From positions 1,672 to 25,684 of the forward strand of contig CAZDKR010000001.1 in assembly GCA_964506375.1 (NCBI GenBank): a stretch of 24,013 nt of DNA, written 5' to 3'. The position numbers and the translations under genes are program-made. Origin of the DNA: an uncultured Gammaproteobacteria bacterium. GTDB lineage: Bacteria; Patescibacteriota; Patescibacteriia; UBA2196. The notes under the pieces are model-generated. The model saw only the letters and a list, made by a program, of their open reading frames with translations. It was not told where the DNA came from and searched no databases. The first letter of the stretch is position 1; each line of letters begins with the position of its first letter. Shown piece after piece: positions 9,702 to 17,786 of this stretch.

Positions 9702-10334
9702 ATGGCTAAAAATCTTGATCCTAAATGCAAACAATGCCGACGGGCAGGCGAAAAGCTCTTTTTAAAAGGAGAGCGGTGTTTTAGTACCAAATGCGCTTTA
9801 ACCAAAAGAAGCTACCCGCCCGGAGTTCATGGCAGCAAGGGGCACCCTAGATTAACTGATTATGGAGTTCATTTGAGGGAAAAACAGAAATTAAGAAGAA
9901 TGTACGGGGTTTTAGAAAAACAATTGAGAAAGTATTTCAAAGAGGCGGCTAAAAGCAAGGGCGATACTGGTTTAAAACTGATAGAATTCTTAGAGCGTCG
10001 ATTTGATAATGTGATTTATAAATTAGGATTAACCACTTCAAGGGCTCAGGCTAAGCAGTTTATCAACCACGATTTGTTTTTAGTTAATAATAAAAAAATG
10101 AATATTCCATCTTACCGGGTTAAAGCAGGCGATGTGATAACCATAAGAAAAGAAAAAACAAAAAGCAAAGGAGTTTTGGCTGAAAATATTAAAAACACCA
10201 ACAAGAAAGAGGAAATTTCGTGGTTAACCTGGGATCCAAAAGAGCTTAAAGGTCAAGTAGTTAGTATTCCTAAAGATAAGGATCTGGATGTGGGCATTGA
10301 CACAAGATTGGTTGTTGAGTTTTATTCTAGGTAA
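9702..10334 (+). CDS. rpsD: 30S ribosomal protein S4 (zinc-ribbon type)
   Basis: ATG 9702 preferred. PKCKQCRR...KGERC...KC, YGVHLREKQKLRRMYG, LERRFDNVIYKLG. Confidence 0.96.
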   Translation: MAKNLDPKCKQCRRAGEKLFLKGERCFSTKCALTKRSYPPGVHGSKGHPRLTDYGVHLREKQKLRRMYGVLEKQLRKYFKEAAKSKGDTGLKLIEFLERRFDNVIYKLGLTTSRAQAKQFINHDLFLVNNKKMNIPSYRVKAGDVITIRKEKTKSKGVLAENIKNTNKKEEISWLTWDPKELKGQVVSIPKDKDLDVGIDTRLVVEFYSR

Positions 10335-10522
10335 TTTCTGTTGAAAGATTAAAGCATTCAAACTATTCTGAACTGCAAGATTTTGTTTAATGTTTTGCAA
10401 CTTGAAATTAAATAAAAAATATTAAAATTAAAAATTAAATCCCGGCCCTTGGCAGGTTTTCCGTTAAGCCTTCTGTACTTATAACGGGATTCCTTGTTTT
10501 GCTTGGGATAAAATTTATCTAT

Positions 10523-11398
10523 ATGCAACCGATTTCTATTGCTCAAAAAAAGGAATTTAAACAAGAATCTCCTAATAAAGGTCAATTTATCATTGAGCCT
10601 CTTTATCCGGGTTATGGCTTAACTTTGGGCAATGCTTTAAGGAGAGTCCTGTTGTCTTCTTTAGAAGGGGTGGCTATTACTTCAGTCAGGATTAAGGGGG
10701 TAGACCATGAATTTTCTGCTATTGACGGAATTAAAGAGGACGTGGTTGACATTATTTTAAATTTAAAGCAGGTAAGGTTTGAAGTCAGCGGCGAATTTGA
10801 GGAGCCAATTAAGTTGGAGTTAAATGCCAAAGGTGAAAAAGAGGTTAAGGCAGGAGATTTTAAAAAAGTGGCAGGAGTAAAAATTGCCAATCCAGATTTA
10901 TTGATTGCCACCCTAACTGATCCTCAGGCGCAATTAGAGTTAGAGGCTTGGATAGAAAGAGGACGTGGTTACTTGCCAACTGAAATGATGGCTACCAGAT
11001 CGCCAGAAGGCGGAATTGGCTCGGCAAGAGAAAAAGAAATTGGAGTGATTGATATTGACGCTATTTTTTCTCCGATTAAAAAAGTGGCCATTAATACTGA
11101 AAATGTCCGGGTCGGGGAGATGACTAACTGGGACCGCTTAATTTTGGAATTAGAGACTGATGGCACGATTACTCCTGAAGAAGCTCTTAAAAAGTCAGCC
11201 CAAATTTTAGTGGATCAATTTTCATTCTTTTTAGAGAAAAAGAAGGCAGAGAAGAAAAAAGAGGAAGTTAAGAAAGAAGAGAAAGTGACGGATGAAAAAG
11301 ACAAGGAAAAAGATGAGGATAAGGAAAGCAAAAAGGAAGAGGAAAAAACAGGAGAGAAGCCTAGAAAAAGAGGAAGGCCAAAAAAAGAGGAGAAATAA
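10523..11398 (+). CDS. rpoA: RNA polymerase alpha subunit; alpha-CTD replaced by a charged tail
   Basis: ATG 10523 preferred. IEPLYPGYGLTLGNALRRVLLSS, HEFSAIDGIKED, IDAIFSPI, LETDGTITP. Confidence 0.96.
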   Translation: MQPISIAQKKEFKQESPNKGQFIIEPLYPGYGLTLGNALRRVLLSSLEGVAITSVRIKGVDHEFSAIDGIKEDVVDIILNLKQVRFEVSGEFEEPIKLELNAKGEKEVKAGDFKKVAGVKIANPDLLIATLTDPQAQLELEAWIERGRGYLPTEMMATRSPEGGIGSAREKEIGVIDIDAIFSPIKKVAINTENVRVGEMTNWDRLILELETDGTITPEEALKKSAQILVDQFSFFLEKKKAEKKKEEVKKEEKVTDEKDKEKDEDKESKKEEEKTGEKPRKRGRPKKEEK

Positions 11399-11495
11399 GA
11401 AATTGCAAATTAAGCGAAAGTTTTTACATTAAGGCACAAAAACATTAAAACGTTCAGGTAAATTTTGTTTTTTGTTTTAATGTTCTGCGTTTTTT

Positions 11496-11846
11496 ATGCG
11501 TCACCAGAAAACTAAAAAAACATTAGGAAGGAAAACAGGGTCAAGAAAGGCATTGATTAAAAATTTGGCCAGTTCTTTGATTTTGTATGAAAAAATAAAG
11601 ACAACAGAAGCTAAGGCCAAGATGATTAAACCATTGGTGGAGAAAATGGTGACGAGAGCTAAAAGCGACACTTTGCATAATCGGCGTGAGATAATGAAAA
11701 AAATACCTGCCAAAAACGTAGTTAGAAAACTATTTGAAGTCTTGGGTCCAAAGTATAAAAAAAGAAAAGGCGGATACCTCCGAATTGTTAGGTTGGGAGA
11801 GAGAAAAGGGGATGGGGCTAAGATGGTGGTGATAGAGTTTGTGTGA
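11496..11846 (+). CDS. rplQ: 50S ribosomal protein L17
   Basis: MRHQK...LGRK...EKIKTTEAKAK...RKGGYLRIVRLGERKGDGA. Confidence 0.97.
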   Translation: MRHQKTKKTLGRKTGSRKALIKNLASSLILYEKIKTTEAKAKMIKPLVEKMVTRAKSDTLHNRREIMKKIPAKNVVRKLFEVLGPKYKKRKGGYLRIVRLGERKGDGAKMVVIEFV

Positions 11847-11930
11847 TGTTTATAGACTTTATCCCTTACACTTATTATTTAATTTTAATTTCAAATTTTC
11901 AATCCTGAGCGCTTGGGAAAAACAATATTT

Positions 11931-12278
11931 ATGCAACGTAAAGTACATACAATTGATGCGAGCGGAAAAGTATTGGGCAGGCTTGCAACCCAGGTGGCTT
12001 TGTTATTGCGTGGTAAAAATAAACCAACCTTTAGCCCCCATCTTGATGAAGGAGATGAAGTGGTTATTAAAAATGTTGACAAAATGAAATTTACTGGAAA
12101 GAAGCTGGGGCAAAAAGTCTACAAGCATCACACTGGCTATGTGGGGCATTTAAAGATCATTAGTATGAGCGATGCTTACAAAAAGAACCCACAACAGGTT
12201 TTTAAAAGGGCGGTTTATAATATGTTGCCAAAAAACAAGTTGCGTAGTAAAATGATGAAAAGATTAAAGTTTGAGTGA
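11931..12278 (+). CDS. rplM: 50S ribosomal protein L13 (short C-terminus)
   Basis: ATG 11931. IDASGKVLGRLATQVALLLRGKNKP.F.PH.D.GD.V. Confidence 0.95.
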   Translation: MQRKVHTIDASGKVLGRLATQVALLLRGKNKPTFSPHLDEGDEVVIKNVDKMKFTGKKLGQKVYKHHTGYVGHLKIISMSDAYKKNPQQVFKRAVYNMLPKNKLRSKMMKRLKFE

Positions 12279-12280
12279 AC

Positions 12281-12413
12281 ATGCGAATGTGAATATAATA
12301 CAATAAAACTTTATCTATTATATGTGGATGGTTTAAATATTTGGATGGTTTAAAAGCAAAGCGCTTTGCATTTAAACGCATTTAAACCACATTTATCTGA
12401 CCAGTATTCGCAT
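12281..12413. repeat. Nested inverted repeats in the rplM-rpsI spacer
   Basis: ATGCGAAT (12281-12288)/ATTCGCAT (12406-12413). TGGATGGTTTAAA occurs twice, opposed by two ATTTAAAC. Central perfect palindrome GCAAAGCGCTTTGC (12356-12369). Confidence 0.7.
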
Positions 12414-12419
12414 ACAATT

Positions 12420-12920
12420 ATGCCTAAAAAAGACATAAAAAAAGAAGATAAATCTGTAACAAAAACCACAAAAAAGCAAGTGGCCGCTCTTGGAGTTAAA
12501 GAAGAAAAAGAAGAAGAGAGTAAGAAAATAGATGACTTTATTAGGGCTGTCGGTCGTCGTAAAAGCGCGGCAGCTAGAGTGCGCCTTTATCCAAACGGAA
12601 GTGGAAAAATAGAAATTAATGGCAAGGATTATAAACAATATTTTCCGCTTTTTGAGTTAAATAAAAAAATAACCCTGCCGTTAAAGTTAGTGGGCAGGAG
12701 AAATGATTTTAACTTTACAATTAAAGTAGCTGGTGGTGGACCTGTTGGGCAAGCTGATGCCTGTTCTCATGGAATTACCAGGGCATTGATTAAATTTAAT
12801 GAAGATTATAAAAAAACTCTGCGCGCTGCTGGTTTTGTGACCCGCGACCCAAGAGTCAAAGAAAGAAAAAAATATGGTTTGAAAAAAGCCAGACGCGCCC
12901 CGCAGTGGCAGAAGAGGTAA
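12420..12920 (+). CDS. rpsI: 30S ribosomal protein S9 with N-terminal extension
   Basis: ATG 12420 preferred. AVGRRKSAAARVRL, VAGGGPVGQA, RDPRVKERKKYGLKKARRAPQWQKR. Confidence 0.96.
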   Translation: MPKKDIKKEDKSVTKTTKKQVAALGVKEEKEEESKKIDDFIRAVGRRKSAAARVRLYPNGSGKIEINGKDYKQYFPLFELNKKITLPLKLVGRRNDFNFTIKVAGGGPVGQADACSHGITRALIKFNEDYKKTLRAAGFVTRDPRVKERKKYGLKKARRAPQWQKR

Positions 12921-12971
12921 TTTTTATCGTTTTTGCAATTTTTTCAGTCTAATTTATTTTGGTTTATTATG

Positions 12972-13013
12972 CATTATGTCAATTTATCACGATCGTAGCA
13001 AAATGACATAATG
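12972..13013. repeat. Imperfect 42-bp palindrome centred on CGATCG, downstream of the PaaX-like gene
   Basis: CATTATGTCAATTTATCACGA|TCGTAGCAAAATGACATAATG; 17 of 21 arm positions pair. Confidence 0.9.
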
Positions 13014-13073
13014 ACATAATGAAGTAATGAAGTAATGAAGCAGTGAAGCAATGAAGCAGTGAAGCAATGAAGC
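13002..13073 (+). repeat. Tandem array of nine 8-nt units
   Basis: AATGACAT x2, AATGAAGT x2, then AATGAAGC/AGTGAAGC alternating x5. Confidence 0.95.
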
Positions 13074-13099
13074 TTGGGTGGTTTTGATATTTTAAATTT

Positions 13100-13636
13100 T
13101 TATTTTAACCCAAAAATTTTTTTTAGATTTGTTTCAAAGCTGACATGGTCCGCAATTATATAATTAAACCATTTACTTTCTTTTGCACTTGGAATCAAGG
13201 TATAAATATATTCAATTGCGTCATAAGGGTAAATCCAAACGCTTTTCTGCAAGCGATAAAAGCCGATTTCTTTTAATATTTTTCTTAGATTATCTCTAAA
13301 AACTCTTTTATTTTCAGGTATGTCAAAAATTAGAATACGCCATTTACCGTCCCACTCTTTTTTATTCTTCGCAGCCCTTTCAATAATAATTTTTTTTATA
13401 AGCTCATAACCTTTAGGGGTTAATTTATAAAGGATTTTTTTGTCTATTTCAGTATTTTTTAAATACCCCCTTCTTTTTAAATTGGCCAGCGTGTAATATG
13501 GAATAGGTTTTGTGCCACCAACCAAAGATTTTATATAGTCATAAGGATTTATGGCATAAGTTATTATTTTATTATTTCCATCAATAAAAGCTTCAAGTAA
13601 TTTTTTTGTTTTCTTGTTTAAGTTAAGAGATTTCAT
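13100..13636 (-). CDS. PaaX-like protein (winged helix + Cas2-like ferredoxin-fold domain), not CRISPR-linked here
   Basis: LANLKRRGYL...YKLTPKG (wHTH wing) and WDGKWRILIFDIPE..R..RD.LR..L...GF..LQKSVW. Start at 13636 is preferred because the 13681 ATG lies in the palindrome. Confidence 0.8.
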   Translation of the reverse strand: MKSLNLNKKTKKLLEAFIDGNNKIITYAINPYDYIKSLVGGTKPIPYYTLANLKRRGYLKNTEIDKKILYKLTPKGYELIKKIIIERAAKNKKEWDGKWRILIFDIPENKRVFRDNLRKILKEIGFYRLQKSVWIYPYDAIEYIYTLIPSAKESKWFNYIIADHVSFETNLKKIFGLK

Positions 13637-13648
13637 ATGGTTAGTGTT

Positions 13649-13680
13649 TGTCATTTTGCTACGATCGTAGCAAAATGACA
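13649..13680. repeat. Perfect 32-bp palindrome centred on CGATCG, upstream of the PaaX-like gene
   Basis: TGTCATTTTGCTACGA|TCGTAGCAAAATGACA. Confidence 0.95.
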
Positions 13681-13697
13681 TAATGGAAATTTAGAAT

Positions 13698-15155
13698 TTA
13701 TTTTGAGCTCAGGTGGCTTAGTTCTTCTTTTACCACTTTTCTGTCATCCCAAGGAATTTTTTTGCCGTTTTTAACGCAGATAGCCTGTTCCGCGCCTTTG
13801 CCTGTAATTAGAATCAAGTCATTTTTTTTAGCTAACTTTAGCGCTTTTCTAATGGCTTCGCGTCGGTCTAATATTTTTAAAATTTGGGTTTCTGATTTTT
13901 GATTTGCAGTTTTTGGTCTTTGATTTTTAATTTCTTCAGCCCCAGCTGCTACCTCATCAATAATTTTCATTGGCTCTTCATCATAAGGATCTTCGTTAGT
14001 TACAATAACAATGTCTGCGTTTTTAGCAGCTATTTGGCCTAAAATTGGTCTTCTTGCCTTGTCTCTGCCTCCACCAGCTGAACCAAGAATATGGATAATT
14101 TTATTATGATCAATGCTTTTGACGGCTTCATACAACTTTTCTAATGCCCTGGGTTCAAACGCGTAATCAACAATGATATTTACGCCCAAGTTGTCCTGAG
14201 CGTCCTGAATAAATTCTAATCGGCCTGGCAGTGGTTTCAGGTTTGCTACTGCCATTTTTATTTTTTCCCAATTAACGCCTAAAATTTTAGCAACTGAAAT
14301 TCCGGCTAAGACATTGTAAATATTGTAGTTACCAAGCAAAGGAGTTGTGAATAACGAACCCGCATCTGCCAAAGCTGCGGCGGACAGGTTATGAATTATG
14401 AACTTTATTTTTCCATTTTCATTTTTCACGTCACCTGCTTTTATTGTTTCAAAACCATTTCCATAATTCTTGGTTTCTAATTCATAATTTACCCCAAACC
14501 CAATTTTTTTATCAGCTTTAAAATTCAGAAAATAACCAGCATATTCATCATCTAAATTAACAATAATAGTCTTTTTAATAAATTTTCCTAATTTTTTAAT
14601 TTTTTGAACTTGTCTCAATTTTTTAACATCTTTATGTTTAGAGTGAGACAGGTATTTAAAAAGTTTTCCCTTGGCTTTTTTATAATTTTCAAATCCGCCG
14701 TGGGCTTCTATGTGTTCAGGATACAAATTAGTAAAAACTAAAATATCATAATTGATACCTATATGCCTATATTGTTCAATACCTTGGGAAGAAGTTTCAA
14801 TAATGGCAATTTCGCAATTTTTTTTGACCATTTGTTTTAATAATTTTTGCGTTTGAAAACGGCCAAGCATGGTCATTTTTTTATCATTTAACCATTCATA
14901 ATTGCCAATTTTAAAAAGGGTAGTAGTGGTCATGCCGACTTTAAAGCCAGCTTGTTCCAAAATTTGGGCGATAAAATAACAAGTTGAAGATTTGCCAGCA
15001 GTGCCAGTTATACCAATAATTATCATCTTGTTTGACGGATAGCCATAAATAAAAGCGCTTATCTTAGCCAAAAGCCAATGGTAAAACGGCTGTAAAAGTT
15101 TGAACAGTTTTTTAGGGATGAGCTTTTTAATTATGTTTAATAACTGATCTAACAT
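13698..15155 (-). CDS. murE: Mur ligase, most like MurE (UDP-N-acetylmuramyl-tripeptide synthetase)
   Basis: IGITGTAGKSST, IETSSQG, FTNLYPEHIEAHG, N.DD, PGRLE, IVDYA, GGGRDKARRP..G, VTNEDPYDE, GKGAE, WDDR. Confidence 0.88.
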   Translation of the reverse strand: MLDQLLNIIKKLIPKKLFKLLQPFYHWLLAKISAFIYGYPSNKMIIIGITGTAGKSSTCYFIAQILEQAGFKVGMTTTTLFKIGNYEWLNDKKMTMLGRFQTQKLLKQMVKKNCEIAIIETSSQGIEQYRHIGINYDILVFTNLYPEHIEAHGGFENYKKAKGKLFKYLSHSKHKDVKKLRQVQKIKKLGKFIKKTIIVNLDDEYAGYFLNFKADKKIGFGVNYELETKNYGNGFETIKAGDVKNENGKIKFIIHNLSAAALADAGSLFTTPLLGNYNIYNVLAGISVAKILGVNWEKIKMAVANLKPLPGRLEFIQDAQDNLGVNIIVDYAFEPRALEKLYEAVKSIDHNKIIHILGSAGGGRDKARRPILGQIAAKNADIVIVTNEDPYDEEPMKIIDEVAAGAEEIKNQRPKTANQKSETQILKILDRREAIRKALKLAKKNDLILITGKGAEQAICVKNGKKIPWDDRKVVKEELSHLSSK

Positions 15156-15263
15156 TTTTTTAACCTAGAACCCAGCTTTGTTTATTGTAATTTGCAATAA
15201 TTTATATTAGTTGCAAAATAGATTTAACAGATTTGTTTTTATGTAGATAAATGCGCAGGGCGT

Positions 15264-16322
15264 CTATTCTGCATGTGCGGCAGAAACGAGTGAGTCTTTG
15301 TTTAATTGTTTATAAAAAATTACTCCCAGAGGGAAATATAACCAGAAGGAAAAGAAGCGATAAACCAGTATGACAGAAAGGGCTAATTCCAAAGGATGTC
15401 CTAAGGAATTAAAAATTAAAACCATTGAACCTTCAAAAGCGCCTAAGCCGCCTGGAATAAATGAAACCAGTCCAAAGAGCCTGCCAAAGACAAAAGCCGC
15501 TATCCCCAAGCCGATTGACACCTTTGAACCAAAAGCTAAAAAGATTAAAAAAATTGTCAGGGCGTCTGAGAGAAACTTTGTGAGCTGGAGTAGGGCGGGT
15601 AATAATATTTTTTTCTTATTTTTTTTCAACCAATCAAAATCTTGATAAAAGTCATTAAGTAATTCACGGACTCTCTCTTCCTGACGAATCCCGTCTTCAA
15701 ACAAATCAATTTTTTCAGCCACCCAGGTTACTCTTTTTCTAGCCCTATTTTTACTGCCTAGGAAAAAGTAGATAGCAAAAGCAATTAATAATAATATGAG
15801 AATGAAACCGCCTATTGCGTTTTTTTGCATTTGTCCGATGTGGCCTAATTTGAAAAAAAGATAAATCAAACTTAGGATTAACAGGCAGGCAAAAGAGAGG
15901 TAATAACAGGTAGTTTCAATAATAATTGACATTAAGGCCCTCCCTTCTTTGACGTTATGTTTTTTTAAAATTTTTAAAAAATAAAGATTGCCCGCTATGC
16001 CCAAAGAAGGAATAATATAATTTAGAAAAATAATAGTGATGCTTGATTTGATTAATTTTAAAAGCGGGAATTTGGGGAAGTTTAAAATTTTAAATGTTGT
16101 TTGATAAACACTTCCTTGGAGAAGGAAGTTCAAAAGCTGGGAGCCGAAGGCTAGGGCTAGCCAGTGCCACTTGGCTTGCGCAAAAAGCCGTCCAATTTCC
16201 TTGAGCTCTGAAAATTTAAAAAGAATAATAATTACTGTGACAAACAGCAAGAGCGGGAAAAGCAGCTTCTTGAAACTGATTTTAATTGTCTTGCCGTTTG
16301 GAGTGGAAATAGAGAGAGACAT
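15264..16322 (-). CDS. Lysylphosphatidylglycerol synthase TM-domain / flippase-like membrane protein (UPF0104-like)
   Basis: Multiple TM segments; FIPGGLGAFEGSM and LVYRFFSFWL motifs. Confidence 0.8.
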   Translation of the reverse strand: MSLSISTPNGKTIKISFKKLLFPLLLFVTVIIILFKFSELKEIGRLFAQAKWHWLALAFGSQLLNFLLQGSVYQTTFKILNFPKFPLLKLIKSSITIIFLNYIIPSLGIAGNLYFLKILKKHNVKEGRALMSIIIETTCYYLSFACLLILSLIYLFFKLGHIGQMQKNAIGGFILILLLIAFAIYFFLGSKNRARKRVTWVAEKIDLFEDGIRQEERVRELLNDFYQDFDWLKKNKKKILLPALLQLTKFLSDALTIFLIFLAFGSKVSIGLGIAAFVFGRLFGLVSFIPGGLGAFEGSMVLIFNSLGHPLELALSVILVYRFFSFWLYFPLGVIFYKQLNKDSLVSAAHAE

Positions 16323-16407
16323 AAGACTATGAAAGTATTTTAACTTTTTAACACAAAAGCAGTAGTGAAATATTTTGACGTTTTTATGCTCGTCCCTTCG
16401 CCTTTCT

Positions 16408-16481
16408 TGCCCTTAAGCCGATTTGAACGGCTAACCTTCTCCTCCGGAGGGAGACGCTCTATCCATTTGAGCTATAAGGGC
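16408..16481 (-). tRNA. tRNA-Arg (anticodon CCG), CCA not encoded
   Basis: GCCCTTA-TA-GCTC-AAATGGATA-GAGC-G-TCTCC-CTCCGGA-GGAGA-AGGTT-AGCCG-TTCAAAT-CGGCT-TAAGGGC-A; all four stems pair. Confidence 0.95.
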
Positions 16482-16543
16482 AGAAAGGCGAAGGGGCGGG
16501 CCTTGGCCACAGGTTTCAAAGAGGCCTGCACCTTTCCATTGGG

Positions 16544-17752
16544 CTATAGGCGCAAGATTTTTCCAATTCTATACAAGTTATACCATTTTTTATTTAAAAC
16601 ATAATCAAAAGTGCCAAGATAATCAACTTCTTTGCCAGTTTTTTCACTCACAAATCCGCGTTTAAACCTACTTATACCGGCCCAGTCTGAATTTTTGAAT
16701 TTTGGGGCAATGCCCCAGAAATCATACCATTTATACCCTTGCCACTTTGCCCACTTGATAGCTGCCCATTGAATTGCGTGGTTGGGCATCAGGTTTCGGT
16801 GCTCATTGGATGAGGCTCCGTGCAGGTAAGTAGCTGTATTACCAAAGCCAATGATAATAATTGAGGACAGCGGTCGGTTGTTGTATTTAGCAATGAATAA
16901 ATTGGCAGTAACTTGTGGTTTGCAATTTGTAACTTGCGGCTGATTAAAGTAAGTTAGTAATTTTTCATAATAACTTTTATTAAAAATTTTTATTTTATCA
17001 CGCATGGCTGTTTGTTTTAATAAGTCGTAAAAAACATCAATATCCTTAGTTTCTAATTTTTGGAGCGAAGCGGAGACTGCAACTTTATGTTGGGACAAGT
17101 TTTTAATTTCTATTTTAATCCCTTTTCTTTCTGCCAATCTGATATTATACCTTGTCTTTTGGTGCATGGCTTGTAAAATTTCTTCTTCTGGTTTTTCCAA
17201 ATTTAAAATTAGAGTATTCTCCGGCTCTTTTAAGTTGGTTAAAATTTTAGGTTTTGAGAAACTTTTAAAATCTGCGCTTTTGCACTCTTGCGCTCTTGCG
17301 TTTTTGCGCTCATAAGGAGGAGCTATTCTTGCAAATATAATTTTTTCCTGTTTAGCGGTTTCTCTAATTTTATTTATTAGTAATTTGCAGATTTTTTCTA
17401 TTTGAGACTGTGAGCTGGAAATTAGAAATTTTACAACAGGTCCACGGGGACAGTGCAAATAAAATTTGCCGCCTGGTAGTTTCCGTTTTATAAAAAGGGC
17501 TGCGGCAATTAACTCGCATTCATCAATGTTTGCTTCGTTGCCTGGACAAGGAGATTTTGCAGAATTCGCATCAGTGTTAGTGGATGTATTATTGTTGCAA
17601 ACAGCAAAGTACTTGACTTCTTCGTCCAAACATTGTTTCCTAAATTGCCCCCACTCCCAAGATTGCAAAAAAGCAGCTGGCGAGCTGTTTTTAATAATAA
17701 AGCTGTCCCAGGTTGGTCCAAGTTGCTGGTCTGTAATTTCATTAATTTTCAT
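16544..17752 (-). CDS. FemAB/FemX-family peptidoglycan bridge aminoacyltransferase with several insertions
   Basis: FLQSWEWGQF, Y.PRGPV, MHQKTRYNIRLAE, YLHGASS, WYDFWGI, GISRFKRGF. Confidence 0.9.
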   Translation of the reverse strand: MKINEITDQQLGPTWDSFIIKNSSPAAFLQSWEWGQFRKQCLDEEVKYFAVCNNNTSTNTDANSAKSPCPGNEANIDECELIAAALFIKRKLPGGKFYLHCPRGPVVKFLISSSQSQIEKICKLLINKIRETAKQEKIIFARIAPPYERKNARAQECKSADFKSFSKPKILTNLKEPENTLILNLEKPEEEILQAMHQKTRYNIRLAERKGIKIEIKNLSQHKVAVSASLQKLETKDIDVFYDLLKQTAMRDKIKIFNKSYYEKLLTYFNQPQVTNCKPQVTANLFIAKYNNRPLSSIIIIGFGNTATYLHGASSNEHRNLMPNHAIQWAAIKWAKWQGYKWYDFWGIAPKFKNSDWAGISRFKRGFVSEKTGKEVDYLGTFDYVLNKKWYNLYRIGKILRL

Positions 17753-17786
17753 TTTTTGATTTATTATTTACTTTAAATTGCAAAAG

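Noticed and set aside
13002-13073. CRISPR array next to a Cas2-like gene
   Set aside because: Units are 8 nt with no unique spacers, there is no cas1 or other cas gene, and the protein has PaaX-like architecture.
13741-13754. TGTCATCCC in murE resembling the REP end at 4155-4164
   Set aside because: It is the antisense of the conserved WDDR-type motif.
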